Assembly: GCA_964550635.1 (NCBI GenBank)
Contig: CAZJZV010000003.1
Location: 105 to 64,104 of the forward strand
Source: an uncultured Bacteroidaceae bacterium
GTDB taxonomy: Bacteria; Bacillota; Clostridia; Christensenellales; CAG-917
Length of the DNA: 64,000 bases
Direction of reading: 5' to 3'
Of the stretch, positions 36,524-45,689 are shown piece after piece. A model generated the notes under the pieces. That model was not told where the DNA came from and searched no databases. It worked only from the letters and a program-made list of their open reading frames with translations. A program made the translations under genes and the position numbers. The first letter of the stretch is position 1. Every line of letters begins with the position of its first letter.

Positions 36524-37618
36524 GTGAGAAGTTTGATTGACATAACCGATTTTAGCAAAGAAGAAGTCGAAGGACTCATTTCGACGGCAATGGATATAAT
36601 CGAAAACCCGTCCGTCTACGCCGAAAAGTGCAAGGGTAAAAAACTTGCGACTTTGTTCTACGAGCCGTCCACAAGGACTCGTTTGTCTTTTGAAGCGGCA
36701 ATGCTCGAACTCGGCGGAAGCGTGATAGGTTTTTCCGAGGCGAGCAGTTCTTCCGCGGCAAAAGGGGAGAGCGTAGCGGACACCGCGAAAGTCATAAGCG
36801 AATATGCGGATATTATAGCAATGCGTTCCCCCGTCGAAGGTGCGCCCCTTGTCGCCGCATTGAATGCGTCAATCCCCGTCATCAACGCGGGGGACGGCGG
36901 TCATTGCCACCCCACGCAAACACTTGCCGACCTACTCACCATACATAGAGAACTCGGCAGACTCGACGACTTGACCGTCGGTTTTTGCGGGGATTTGAAG
37001 TATGGCAGAACGGTGCATTCATTGATTGGCGCATTGTCGAGATACGCGGGCATCAAAATCGTGTTGATTTCCCCCGAAGAGTTGAAACTCCCCAAATACG
37101 TCAAGTATAACGTCCTTGAAAAATGCGGTATGCCTTACGTCGAAACCGAGAGCCTAGAAGACTCCATTCCCGGCCTTGACGTGCTGTATATGACGAGAAT
37201 ACAAAGAGAGCGTTTTGCGGACCGCGACGAATATGAGAGATTGAAAGACTCCTACGTCCTGACCGTCGAAAAAATGCAACTTGCAAAGAACACTTGCGCC
37301 GTATTGCACCCGCTACCGCGCGTCAACGAAATCAGTGTTGCAGTGGACAAAGATCCGCGCGCGTGCTACTTCAAACAAGTCGCAAACGGAAAGTATATGC
37401 GTATGGCGTTGATATTGAAACTTCTCGAAGAAAAAGCGAAAAATCCCGTCAACGAACTCACTCTCGAATACGAAAACTACGAAATCGGTAAATACGAATG
37501 CCACAATCCGAAGTGCATCACGCAAACCGAACAAGAACTTGCCCACGCATTCAAATGCGTCGACGAAACCAACTCAATCTACCGCTGCATCTACTGCGCC
37601 CAAAAACCCACCGACTAA
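36524..37618 (+). CDS. pyrB: Aspartate carbamoyltransferase catalytic chain with a C-terminal PyrI-type zinc domain
   Basis: STRTR, HPTQ and HPLPR motifs of ATCase. An extra ~60 aa at the C-terminus carries CHNPKCIT...YRCIYCAQK (CxxxxC..CxxC), like the zinc domain of the regulatory chain. GTG start with GGAGG RBS. Confidence 0.9.
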   Translation: MRSLIDITDFSKEEVEGLISTAMDIIENPSVYAEKCKGKKLATLFYEPSTRTRLSFEAAMLELGGSVIGFSEASSSSAAKGESVADTAKVISEYADIIAMRSPVEGAPLVAALNASIPVINAGDGGHCHPTQTLADLLTIHRELGRLDDLTVGFCGDLKYGRTVHSLIGALSRYAGIKIVLISPEELKLPKYVKYNVLEKCGMPYVETESLEDSIPGLDVLYMTRIQRERFADRDEYERLKDSYVLTVEKMQLAKNTCAVLHPLPRVNEISVAVDKDPRACYFKQVANGKYMRMALILKLLEEKAKNPVNELTLEYENYEIGKYECHNPKCITQTEQELAHAFKCVDETNSIYRCIYCAQKPTD

Positions 37619-37625
37619 AATAAAA

Positions 37626-38942
37626 TCAGTCCTGCTTTTCCTCCGACGACGTATCCGAGTCGTTGGGGGAGTGGGAGTGTTCGTGGGATTTGCGGATGGC
37701 GGTTTGGGCTTGGACTTGGCGGATGGTTTGTTTGCTTGCGATGGGGAGATCCACCGTGAACACAGTGCCTTTGTCGTCCACGCCTTTGCAGGAAATCGTA
37801 CCGCCGTTGCCTTGGACGGTGGCTTGTGCGATTGAAAGACCGAGACCGAAACTATTGCCGTCGGGATTGGCTCTTGCGCCGTCCGAGCGGTAGAAGCGAT
37901 CGAAGACGTGAGAAGCGTCTTCTTTTGAAATAACTTCACCTGTATTTAGCACTTCAAGGTGCGCTTTTTTGCCGACCGTGACGAGACGGCAACCTACTTT
38001 TCCGTTTTCACCGCAATATTTGAGCGCGTTGTCGAGAAGGATGATGACAAGTCGCTCAAGCGCGTTTTTATCGCCGTAGACGGTCAGACCTTTTTGCACG
38101 TTTGAAAGGAGTTTAACGTTTTTCTCAAAACACATAACTTCAAACTCAAGGCACGCTCCTTCGACGACTTCGCCGAAATCGAAGAGTTCCTTGTTGAAAT
38201 TGGAATGTTCGAGACGACTGAGTTCGAGCATATTTTTGATGAGAGAATCCATTCGCGAAATCTGTCCGTTTATCGAATCGAGCCATTTCGAGTTGTCTGC
38301 AATCGTGGTGGACGGCTCCGATTCCATAACGGATAGGTTGGCGGAAATGACGGTCAAAGGGGTTTTCAATTCGTGGGAAGCGTTTGCAATCAAGTCGCTT
38401 TGCTTTTTGAACGCGTTTTTGATAGGCGCGGTCGTGACGGACGAATAGAGATAGGATAACAGCGTCAAGAAAATAATGGATATGAGATAGAGCATGACGA
38501 GCATCATCCCTATGCGTTGCATGCCGAGTTTTGCAATGGTGCGGTCGAGGACTGCGTAGATAGTGCGACCGTTTTCGGTTTTCGTGGCGACGTAGAAATC
38601 TCTATTGTTATAAGAAAACCTGCCGTCGTCCGCCTTTCTTATTGCGGTGCGCACAATACCGTCCGCGTCTTCGCCGTAGTATTCGACGTCCCCAGAGTAT
38701 GCGGGATAGAAAACCGCCTTATCCCCGATGACGAAGAAAACGAAACATCTCGTCGGGCCTACTTCATCGGGGCGCTCGTTGACGCTGCCGAGAAGTGCGT
38801 CGAGATTATCTTGTGCGGAAATCTGTTGGTTGATTGCGTACAAACCGAAAAATCCTCCCATAAGAACAAGGAGGAGAAGTCCCGCCGTAAGCGTCGTGTA
38901 GAGCGTATGCCGTATACGCAATTTGTTGATCATTTCATCCAT
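37626..38942 (-). CDS. Sensor histidine kinase
   Basis: Two TM helices flank a ~110-aa sensor loop. H-box ASHELKTPLT, N-box LLDNALKY, and G-boxes NTGEVI / GLGLSIA. Confidence 0.92.
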   Translation of the reverse strand: MDEMINKLRIRHTLYTTLTAGLLLLVLMGGFFGLYAINQQISAQDNLDALLGSVNERPDEVGPTRCFVFFVIGDKAVFYPAYSGDVEYYGEDADGIVRTAIRKADDGRFSYNNRDFYVATKTENGRTIYAVLDRTIAKLGMQRIGMMLVMLYLISIIFLTLLSYLYSSVTTAPIKNAFKKQSDLIANASHELKTPLTVISANLSVMESEPSTTIADNSKWLDSINGQISRMDSLIKNMLELSRLEHSNFNKELFDFGEVVEGACLEFEVMCFEKNVKLLSNVQKGLTVYGDKNALERLVIILLDNALKYCGENGKVGCRLVTVGKKAHLEVLNTGEVISKEDASHVFDRFYRSDGARANPDGNSFGLGLSIAQATVQGNGGTISCKGVDDKGTVFTVDLPIASKQTIRQVQAQTAIRKSHEHSHSPNDSDTSSEEKQD

Positions 38943-38982
38943 ATCGGCACTTTATCCTACGGCTTTTGAGATATTAAAGCCG

Positions 38983-39657
38983 TTATTTGTTGGTGAGTCT
39001 ATATCCGACGCCCCTAACCGCCTCTATCGAAAAACTGGTGTTAAGGTGGTTGAGTTTCTTGCGGATGAACGAGATATACACTTCGAGGTTGTTGGACTCA
39101 AAGTCGCTATCAAGCCCCCACGCTTTCAAAATCAAGTCCTCTTTCGAGGCGACGAAATTCGGATATTCGAACAGGTAGCGAAGAATTTCGTATTCCTTTG
39201 CGGTCAGGTTTATCTCTCCCTTGGGAGTGGAAAGGGTGTACGACGAAAGGTCGAGAGACGCTTCGTTATAGGTGAGTTTGTTGTCGGTGACGAGTTTTCC
39301 TCTGCGCCTGAGCAGCGCGCGTATTCTTGCGGACAATTCCGCAAACGAGAAGGGCTTGCTGACGTAGTCGTCCGCTCCCTTATCGAGTCCCAAAATCTTG
39401 TCGTTTTCATCGGATAGCGCGGTGAGCATAAGCACGGGGGTTTCCATTTTGCGCTTTCTGATTTCGGTCAAGACTTCAAAACCGTTCATTTTCGGCATCA
39501 TTACGTCGAGAATGATGAGGTCGTAGAGCCCTGACAGTGAAAAACTGAGTCCGTCCGCACCGTCGTATACGGTGTCGACGTCGTAGCCCTCTTTCATAAG
39601 CATTTTCGCAAGGGCGCGGGACAATTCTTTTTCGTCTTCAACGAGCAATATTCTCAT
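38983..39657 (-). CDS. OmpR-family response regulator
   Basis: Receiver domain (MRILLVEDE, LIILDVMMP). Winged-helix C-terminal domain ending VRGVGYRL. Confidence 0.93.
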   Translation of the reverse strand: MRILLVEDEKELSRALAKMLMKEGYDVDTVYDGADGLSFSLSGLYDLIILDVMMPKMNGFEVLTEIRKRKMETPVLMLTALSDENDKILGLDKGADDYVSKPFSFAELSARIRALLRRRGKLVTDNKLTYNEASLDLSSYTLSTPKGEINLTAKEYEILRYLFEYPNFVASKEDLILKAWGLDSDFESNNLEVYISFIRKKLNHLNTSFSIEAVRGVGYRLTNK

Positions 39658-39715
39658 AGTATCACCTCTTTGCGCAAATTATCGCAAAGATAGGTTAAAG
39701 TTATATTAAACTTTG

Positions 39716-40501
39716 TTAACCGTATAGTTTTGAAAGCGCAAATCCCGCCACTCTTTTGGGTAGGAATTTCGCAAGCATAACGAACAGTGCATACTTCTTT
39801 CCGCCGACTTTGTAGACAGGCGGATTTTTCTTTTTCGAGAGTGAGTAGATAGCTTTCGCGATGACCACGGGGGACATGCCGTTTTGCTCGTCGCGCTCCA
39901 TTTGAGCAACGGAGCGACTTATTCTCTCGCCGTATACTGCGTTGTCGTCCGCATTTTTCTTTCTGACTGCGGTGAAGTCGGTTTTGACGTCCCCGGGGAG
40001 TACGGAAGTTACCTTGATCCCGAAAGGTGCGACTTCGATTCTCAATGCTTCGGTCAGGGACGAAAGGGCGGATTTCGATGCGGAATAGAATCCTTGGAAG
40101 GGTATTGATAGCGGTGCCGCAACCGAACTGACGTTGATAATCGTGCCCCCGCCTTGCTTGCGCATTTGGGGAATCACCGCTTGCATAACGTAAGTCGCGC
40201 CGAAGAAATTGACGTCGAAAAGGCGTTTCATATTCTCTTCCGAAGTGTCTTCGATAGAGCCTGAAATTCCAAATCCCGCATTGTTGACGACGACGTCGAT
40301 GCGCCCTTCTTTCTGCACAACGAAGTCCACTGCGTTTTGGACGGCGGTTTTGTCCGTCACGTCCACTTCGACGCTCTCGAAACCTTCCGCCTTTCTGCGC
40401 GCGAAAGAGTAGACCTTGTCGCCTTTATCTTGAAAATACTTTGCCGTAGCGTTGCCGATACCGGCGGATGCGCCCGTGATGATTACTATTCTCATATGCA
40501 C
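39716..40501 (-). CDS. SDR family oxidoreductase
   Basis: ITGASAGIG cofactor motif, NNAG, and catalytic YSASK. Length 261 aa. Confidence 0.9.
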   Translation of the reverse strand: MHMRIVIITGASAGIGNATAKYFQDKGDKVYSFARRKAEGFESVEVDVTDKTAVQNAVDFVVQKEGRIDVVVNNAGFGISGSIEDTSEENMKRLFDVNFFGATYVMQAVIPQMRKQGGGTIINVSSVAAPLSIPFQGFYSASKSALSSLTEALRIEVAPFGIKVTSVLPGDVKTDFTAVRKKNADDNAVYGERISRSVAQMERDEQNGMSPVVIAKAIYSLSKKKNPPVYKVGGKKYALFVMLAKFLPKRVAGFALSKLYG

Positions 40502-40651
40502 CTCTTTTGTCGAGAATATTATATCATCGTCCGCCTATATTGACAAGTCGAAAGTTTTACGGCGCGGAAATTTGAATAGGTGTGGGAAAAACATAGGTTT
40601 TTGGCATTTTTGCCGTTGACTACTCGCGCGCAAGCGTGTATTATTAAATGT

Positions 40652-43093
40652 ATGAAAAGATATATTCCGTTGATTATCCTATTGATTACGGTGCTTGCGT
40701 GCGCGCTTGTGACGAGCGATGTCACCGCAACTCCCGCATATGCGGACGACTTTACGGTCGTCGAGTTTACTTTTGATTCGCAGGACGGACAGACGGAATA
40801 TGTAGGCGACAACTTCATCGCAAAAGTCAGAGACACGGGCGAAATTCTTTTCTCGGGTATGTATAGCGAATCCGCCGTCATGACCGCTATCGAAGAACAA
40901 GTCGGCACGAATTATGCGGTCGTCATTCCGTCCCCTATCGTTGAAATATCCTTGCAAGGAGACAAGACCGAAAGCGAATTTTCTCCCGTGGTGCATCCTT
41001 TCTCATTGACGGGCACCGCAAGTCATCCGTTTTGGAGAATAGGGGAAGCGTTTTCTCATGCGGACTCCGAAAACGGCTTTGAGTGGAGATATTCAACCGA
41101 AATTACCGACGGCGCGGAAGTCGCATTCGGCGGGACTGCGTCGAGCGTAGGTTTCGGCGGGGGTAGGTCTCACGGTGTGTATACGGTGCGTTGCAAAGCA
41201 ACGGTCGGTTTCAAATTCGGAAATTCTACCGTTTACGCGGCGGACGTTTCGGACGGAGTCGAGTTGACGATAACGAAAGCGTCCTCCGAGCCCGACCTTT
41301 CCGCTCTCGAAGAAGAAGTGGAATACGGCAAGAGCGTGAAAGAAATTTTGGCGTCGAAGAACACTCCGTCGGGGGTGTACAACTGGTCGCTCGAAAAGGG
41401 CGAGTTTGCGGACAACGTGCCCGACGTCGGCAATTACGCTTATTCCGTCGTGGTGAAAAAGGGCAGTTATGCGGACGGCAAATTTGTTGCGGACGACAAC
41501 TTCTCTGAATATAAAACCACTCTCGCGGTCAAAATCAGCGCAAGAAAAATCTACGTCAAAGTCGCGGACGTCAGTATGGTATGCGGTGGAGCGGTCCCTG
41601 CACTTTCCCTTGAATTGTACGATTCCACGCTTGCAAACGGGCATGGTATAGACGACGTAGGCATAGCGATTGCAAACGCGGACTTTTCGGCAGGAAAGAG
41701 AAATCTCACATTCAAGCGTAGCAACGAAAATTACGTTGTTTACTACATGTCGACGAGAAACGACGGACTTTCTCCGCAACTCATCGTCTATCCCGACAGA
41801 CTGGAATATAGCGACGACAATTTCAAATATACGGCAACTCGTGCGAGCGGCTTCGATTTCGACGACGTCTTGACGAAAGTCGAGAGCGACGACGGCATAG
41901 CGTTGCAAATTCTGCGCGGTGGAGAAGAAGTTCGCTACGACGATATAACTCTCGTCTTGGAAAGGACGGAAGGCTCTAATGCAATCGGCATAACTCTCGG
42001 CGGTGGCTTCAATGCGAAAAAGATTGATTTCGACGGCGACGGCCGTATCGTATTGAACGGTTTGGGCGGCACTTTCAACGTGCGCACTTCGGACTCAATC
42101 GACGTTGATTACGTCAGTCTTGCAATAGGACTCGGCGGTTGGGTAGCGGCGGTTTTGATAGGACTTGCCCTGTCTCTTATTCTCATCAAAGGCAAGAGAA
42201 AATCGCAAGGTAGCGACAATGCAACCGACCTTGAAATTGCAACTGCGGTTGCCCCGCAAAACGCAGAAAAAGAAGAGGTTATTTCCTGCGACGAAGAAAG
42301 CGCAACGAAAGAAACTGTCGTAGAAACGGTGGCAGAAGAAACACAGAAAAACACCGTGGCAATCGCAATCGAAAGTGTGCCTGCGGTCGCCGACGAAAGC
42401 GCCTGCGAAAAGGAAGAAAACGCAGTCAAATCCGTGCCGTCCGCAAAGAACGAAACGAGTTGCGAAAACGGCAAAAACGAACATAAACATAAGTTTAACA
42501 CTGAAAATCATAGCGATAAAACCGCGAAAGAGATATATGATGAACAAAACAAAGAGTTGTTCGCAAGCGTTGGTTTCTTGCCTACACCCACCGTTGAAGA
42601 AGCGTTTGAAGGCGCGCTTGAAGACGATATAGACGTTCCCGATTCCGACGACGAAAACGACGGCGGAAAGATAACTTTCTCGTCGAAGATGACAAGCGCG
42701 TCCGTCCAAAATCAAGCGATTTACAACGCTCTCAAAAACGAGATTTTGTCCTATCGCGGTGTGAAGAGCAGAGTCGTCAACGGCGGTGATTATTTCCGTC
42801 GTCCCGGCAAGCAAATCGCAAAAATCATTCTCATCGGCAAGACCATTAGGCTCGCTCTCGCACTCAATCCCGCCGACTACGATTACAACCTCTATCACCA
42901 AAAGGATAGGAGCGGTATGAAGAAGTATGCGGACACTCCTATGTTCGTCAAGGTGCAATCACCTCTCGGAGTCAGGCGCGCGGTTGCTCTCATCGCCGAC
43001 CTTATGGAACAAGAAGGATTGAAGAAAAACAAAAAGTACGAATATCAAGACGGTATGTACACCCTGACTTTCGGCGGTAAAGACGAAGAATGA
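40652..43093 (+). CDS. Single-pass surface protein: extracellular Ig/MBG-like region, one TM helix, and an acidic linker plus conserved cytoplasmic C-terminal domain
   Basis: Start at ATG 40652 (MKRYIPLIILLITVLACALVTSDVTATPAYA signal). TM helix VSLAIGLGGWVAAVLIGLALSLILI at about aa 500. The C-terminal ~190 aa (ITFSSKMTSASVQNQAIYNALKNEILSYRGVKSRV...) has unknown function. Confidence 0.7.
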   Translation: MKRYIPLIILLITVLACALVTSDVTATPAYADDFTVVEFTFDSQDGQTEYVGDNFIAKVRDTGEILFSGMYSESAVMTAIEEQVGTNYAVVIPSPIVEISLQGDKTESEFSPVVHPFSLTGTASHPFWRIGEAFSHADSENGFEWRYSTEITDGAEVAFGGTASSVGFGGGRSHGVYTVRCKATVGFKFGNSTVYAADVSDGVELTITKASSEPDLSALEEEVEYGKSVKEILASKNTPSGVYNWSLEKGEFADNVPDVGNYAYSVVVKKGSYADGKFVADDNFSEYKTTLAVKISARKIYVKVADVSMVCGGAVPALSLELYDSTLANGHGIDDVGIAIANADFSAGKRNLTFKRSNENYVVYYMSTRNDGLSPQLIVYPDRLEYSDDNFKYTATRASGFDFDDVLTKVESDDGIALQILRGGEEVRYDDITLVLERTEGSNAIGITLGGGFNAKKIDFDGDGRIVLNGLGGTFNVRTSDSIDVDYVSLAIGLGGWVAAVLIGLALSLILIKGKRKSQGSDNATDLEIATAVAPQNAEKEEVISCDEESATKETVVETVAEETQKNTVAIAIESVPAVADESACEKEENAVKSVPSAKNETSCENGKNEHKHKFNTENHSDKTAKEIYDEQNKELFASVGFLPTPTVEEAFEGALEDDIDVPDSDDENDGGKITFSSKMTSASVQNQAIYNALKNEILSYRGVKSRVVNGGDYFRRPGKQIAKIILIGKTIRLALALNPADYDYNLYHQKDRSGMKKYADTPMFVKVQSPLGVRRAVALIADLMEQEGLKKNKKYEYQDGMYTLTFGGKDEE

Positions 43094-43629
43094 AGGGCGT
43101 ATCCGTCGTGCGCAATAGGACGAAAACCGTCGTGATAATCGCAACTTGCGTTGCGCTCGTCGTGCTATCATCGGTGTTGTCCATTCCCATTCCCGTCGGA
43201 GTCCCCGTGACGTTACAAACGTTTGCGGTCGCTCTCGTCGGGTTTTTATTCGGAGCGAAAATCGGTGGAGCGGTCGTCGTTTGTTTCATCCTTATCGGGA
43301 TAACAGGATTGCCCGTATTCTCATCGTTTGGTGGCGGAGTAGGCGCTTTGGCGGGTGCTACAGGCGGATTTATTTTCGGATTTATACCTTTTATATTGCT
43401 TGTGGGCGCAGGGCACAATTCAAAAGCGAAATACCCCTGTGCGCTATTAGGGCTTTTGACGTGTCACGCGATCGGAGTTTTGCAATATGCGCTAGTCACT
43501 CATTCCACTCTTGAAACCGCAATAGCGGTATCGTCCTTACCGTTCATTTTGAAAGACGTAGTTTTGGTTTTGTTTGCGGAGCAGGTGTCAAGGCGGGTAT
43601 CCGTCAGACTGTCTTCGTTTGGCGTTTGA
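43090..43629 (+). CDS. bioY: Biotin transporter BioY (ECF S-component type)
   Basis: 179 aa, 6 TM helices. VPVTLQTFAVALVGFLFG and GGFIFGFIP are typical of BioY. ATGA overlap with the upstream gene. Confidence 0.85.
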   Translation: MKGVSVVRNRTKTVVIIATCVALVVLSSVLSIPIPVGVPVTLQTFAVALVGFLFGAKIGGAVVVCFILIGITGLPVFSSFGGGVGALAGATGGFIFGFIPFILLVGAGHNSKAKYPCALLGLLTCHAIGVLQYALVTHSTLETAIAVSSLPFILKDVVLVLFAEQVSRRVSVRLSSFGV

Positions 43630-43681
43630 GAATTTGCAACTATCAGGATAACCGAAAAATCGGCGCGAAATTTGGTATATC

Positions 43682-43710
43682 TTGACAGGTGTACGGTTAT
43701 CTGTTATAGT
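43682..43710 (+). promoter_or_regulatory. Sigma-A type promoter of the TetR gene, with flanking inverted repeat
   Basis: TTGACA (43682-43687), 17 nt, then TATAGT (43705-43710). GGATAACCG (43647-43655) and CGGTTATC (43695-43702) form an inverted repeat bracketing the -35 element. Confidence 0.6.
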
Positions 43711-43727
43711 ATTGGATAGGTGGATAT

Positions 43728-44324
43728 ATGAGCGATAAAAAAACGGATTTGCGCATAAAGCGCACTCAAAAAGCAATCATCGATGCCTTCTACGACCTTC
43801 TCGAAGAGAAGTCTTTCAACAATATCACGATTATTGATATTTGCGACAAGGCTCTCATCAATAGGGGGACTTTTTACACGCATTTTGAAGACAAATATCA
43901 ACTGCTCGACAAGTGCATTATGGACATAATGTACGGCTTTGACGACGAAGTTGACAAGGTGCACGGAGATAGCGACCTCATCGTCTACTACCACGACGTG
44001 CTCGACGTGATTATGGCTTACCTGACCGCACAGCGCAAGTATCTCAAGACGATAATCACCAAAGCGGACTCATCTCTCGTCTTTGACAAAGTCCATGCGA
44101 TATTGATTGACAACATAGTGAGAAAGGTGGGCAAACTCCCGGTGAAAGACCGTCCCGTCCCTGTTGAGATATTGGCGGAATTTTTCTCGGGCGGAGTCAT
44201 CCAACTAGTGAAATGGTGGATACTCGGCGGAGAGTACACCGTCGACGAAATCAAAACCCAACTCACGAAAATCATCGACTTGACCATTCTCGATTTCTTC
44301 GGGACGGGAAAGAAAGAAGAGTAG
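43728..44324 (+). CDS. TetR/AcrR family transcriptional regulator
   Basis: N-terminal HTH ITIIDICDKALINRGTFYTHFEDKYQLL. Length 198 aa. Confidence 0.9.
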   Translation: MSDKKTDLRIKRTQKAIIDAFYDLLEEKSFNNITIIDICDKALINRGTFYTHFEDKYQLLDKCIMDIMYGFDDEVDKVHGDSDLIVYYHDVLDVIMAYLTAQRKYLKTIITKADSSLVFDKVHAILIDNIVRKVGKLPVKDRPVPVEILAEFFSGGVIQLVKWWILGGEYTVDEIKTQLTKIIDLTILDFFGTGKKEE

Positions 44325-44396
44325 CGCGCATAGGCTGAGAGAAATCAGCGTTTGCACAAAACGGTATTTTAATAGCGGAAATTATGGAGATAAACT

Positions 44397-45143
44397 ATGA
44401 GTTTTGTAAATTCGCAATCAGTCGACCTAAAACGCATAATCGCGGAAAACCCCGTGTTTGCTCACCGCGGTTGTTGGAGTTTCGGTGCGCCCGAAAACTC
44501 AAAGAAAGCGTTTCGTCGCGCGGTCGAAGCGGGTTTTGGAATTGAACTCGACGTTCATCTTCTCGCAGACGGCACGGTCGTCGTGTTCCACGATTTCAGT
44601 TTGTTGCGCATGTGCTTCCGTTTTGGCATACTGGAGAATATGACGAGAGAACAGGTGTCGAAATGCAGACTGCATTTGACTCCCGAACGCATCCCCACTT
44701 TCAAAGAAGTGCTCTCTATCGTCGGTGGAAAAGTGCCTATGTTCATAGAACTAAAATGCAACGGCAATGAAATCGAATTGTCGGATGCGGTCGTCAAAGA
44801 ACTTGCCGACTACGACGGTGAATTTGTTCTCATCAGTTTTCATGAAAAGGCTACCGCCTATCTAAAAAGCAAGGGCTACACGGTCGGACAACTTTGCAAT
44901 CATCCGCCGAGAAAACTCTCCTACGTTCCCGATTGCATAAACTCGAACATCTTTGGCGCACCCCTGACGAAGTGGGGTTGCAAGAAGCATCCGCCGATAA
45001 TCCCTTGGACAATCGCGAACGTTCTTCTCGAACTGAAAGCCCGCGCCATAACCCCCTGCGCAATCTACAACACCAAGTGGTTTTTGCGCTACCGTTTCCG
45101 CTACCTTTCCGCCCGCCTGAAATCCAAAAACCAAAACCAATAA
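44397..45143 (+). CDS. Glycerophosphodiester phosphodiesterase family protein
   Basis: AHRG..ENS..AF..A...G.GIELDVHLLADGTVVVFHD motif block. Length 248 aa. Confidence 0.8.
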   Translation: MSFVNSQSVDLKRIIAENPVFAHRGCWSFGAPENSKKAFRRAVEAGFGIELDVHLLADGTVVVFHDFSLLRMCFRFGILENMTREQVSKCRLHLTPERIPTFKEVLSIVGGKVPMFIELKCNGNEIELSDAVVKELADYDGEFVLISFHEKATAYLKSKGYTVGQLCNHPPRKLSYVPDCINSNIFGAPLTKWGCKKHPPIIPWTIANVLLELKARAITPCAIYNTKWFLRYRFRYLSARLKSKNQNQ

Positions 45144-45147
45144 TCAC

Positions 45148-45180
45148 CAAAAAAATGCAGTCCACACGGACTGCATTTTA
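45148..45180 (+). terminator. Intrinsic terminator
   Basis: ATGCAGTCC-acac-GGACTGCAT followed by TTT. Confidence 0.8.
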
Positions 45181-45334
45181 ATTCTGTTGCGAAGGAGTAT
45201 TTCGAGTTGTAGATTTCTCGGTGCGCTGTGGCGGGGAATTGGCAAATTCTTCGCTTTAATGCGCAAAAGCGGAATAAAATTTCTTTACAAGGGGTGGGGG
45301 AAGTGGTATTATAATATACGGTAAGAGGTGAAGT

Positions 45335-45604
45335 ATGCTTAATTTATATCAAGTGCTTGCAAAACTGAAATCGGAAGAAGAATTTCGCGTGTTTTTTGAG
45401 GATCTATGCACCTTTCAAGAGGTGGATAAAATGGAGCAGAGAGTGCAGAGTGCACAGTTGCTCATAGAAGGGGACACGTACAATCAGGTCATCGAAAAAA
45501 CGGAAATTTCTTCTGCGACTTTGTCAAGGGTGTCGAGATGCATACAACACGGTAGCGGTGGATATAGCGAACTTTTGAAGAAGATGATCGAGGAAGAAAA
45601 ATAG
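45335..45604 (+). CDS. YerC/YecD (TrpR-like) family protein
   Basis: 89 aa. LCTFQEVDKMEQRVQSAQLL..GDTYNQVIEKTEISSATLSRVSRCIQHGSGGY matches the YerC/YecD pattern. Confidence 0.8.
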   Translation: MLNLYQVLAKLKSEEEFRVFFEDLCTFQEVDKMEQRVQSAQLLIEGDTYNQVIEKTEISSATLSRVSRCIQHGSGGYSELLKKMIEEEK

Positions 45605-45642
45605 TCCTTTCGGCAAGAAAGAAAACCATACGACAAAATACG

Positions 45643-45675
45643 TCGCGCAAACGAAAGTATGCGCGATTTTTTTTT
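45643..45675 (+). terminator. Intrinsic terminator
   Basis: TCGCGCA (45643-45649) pairs with TGCGCGA (45660-45666), followed by T9. Confidence 0.8.
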
Positions 45676-45689
45676 AGTATTATGCGGAT

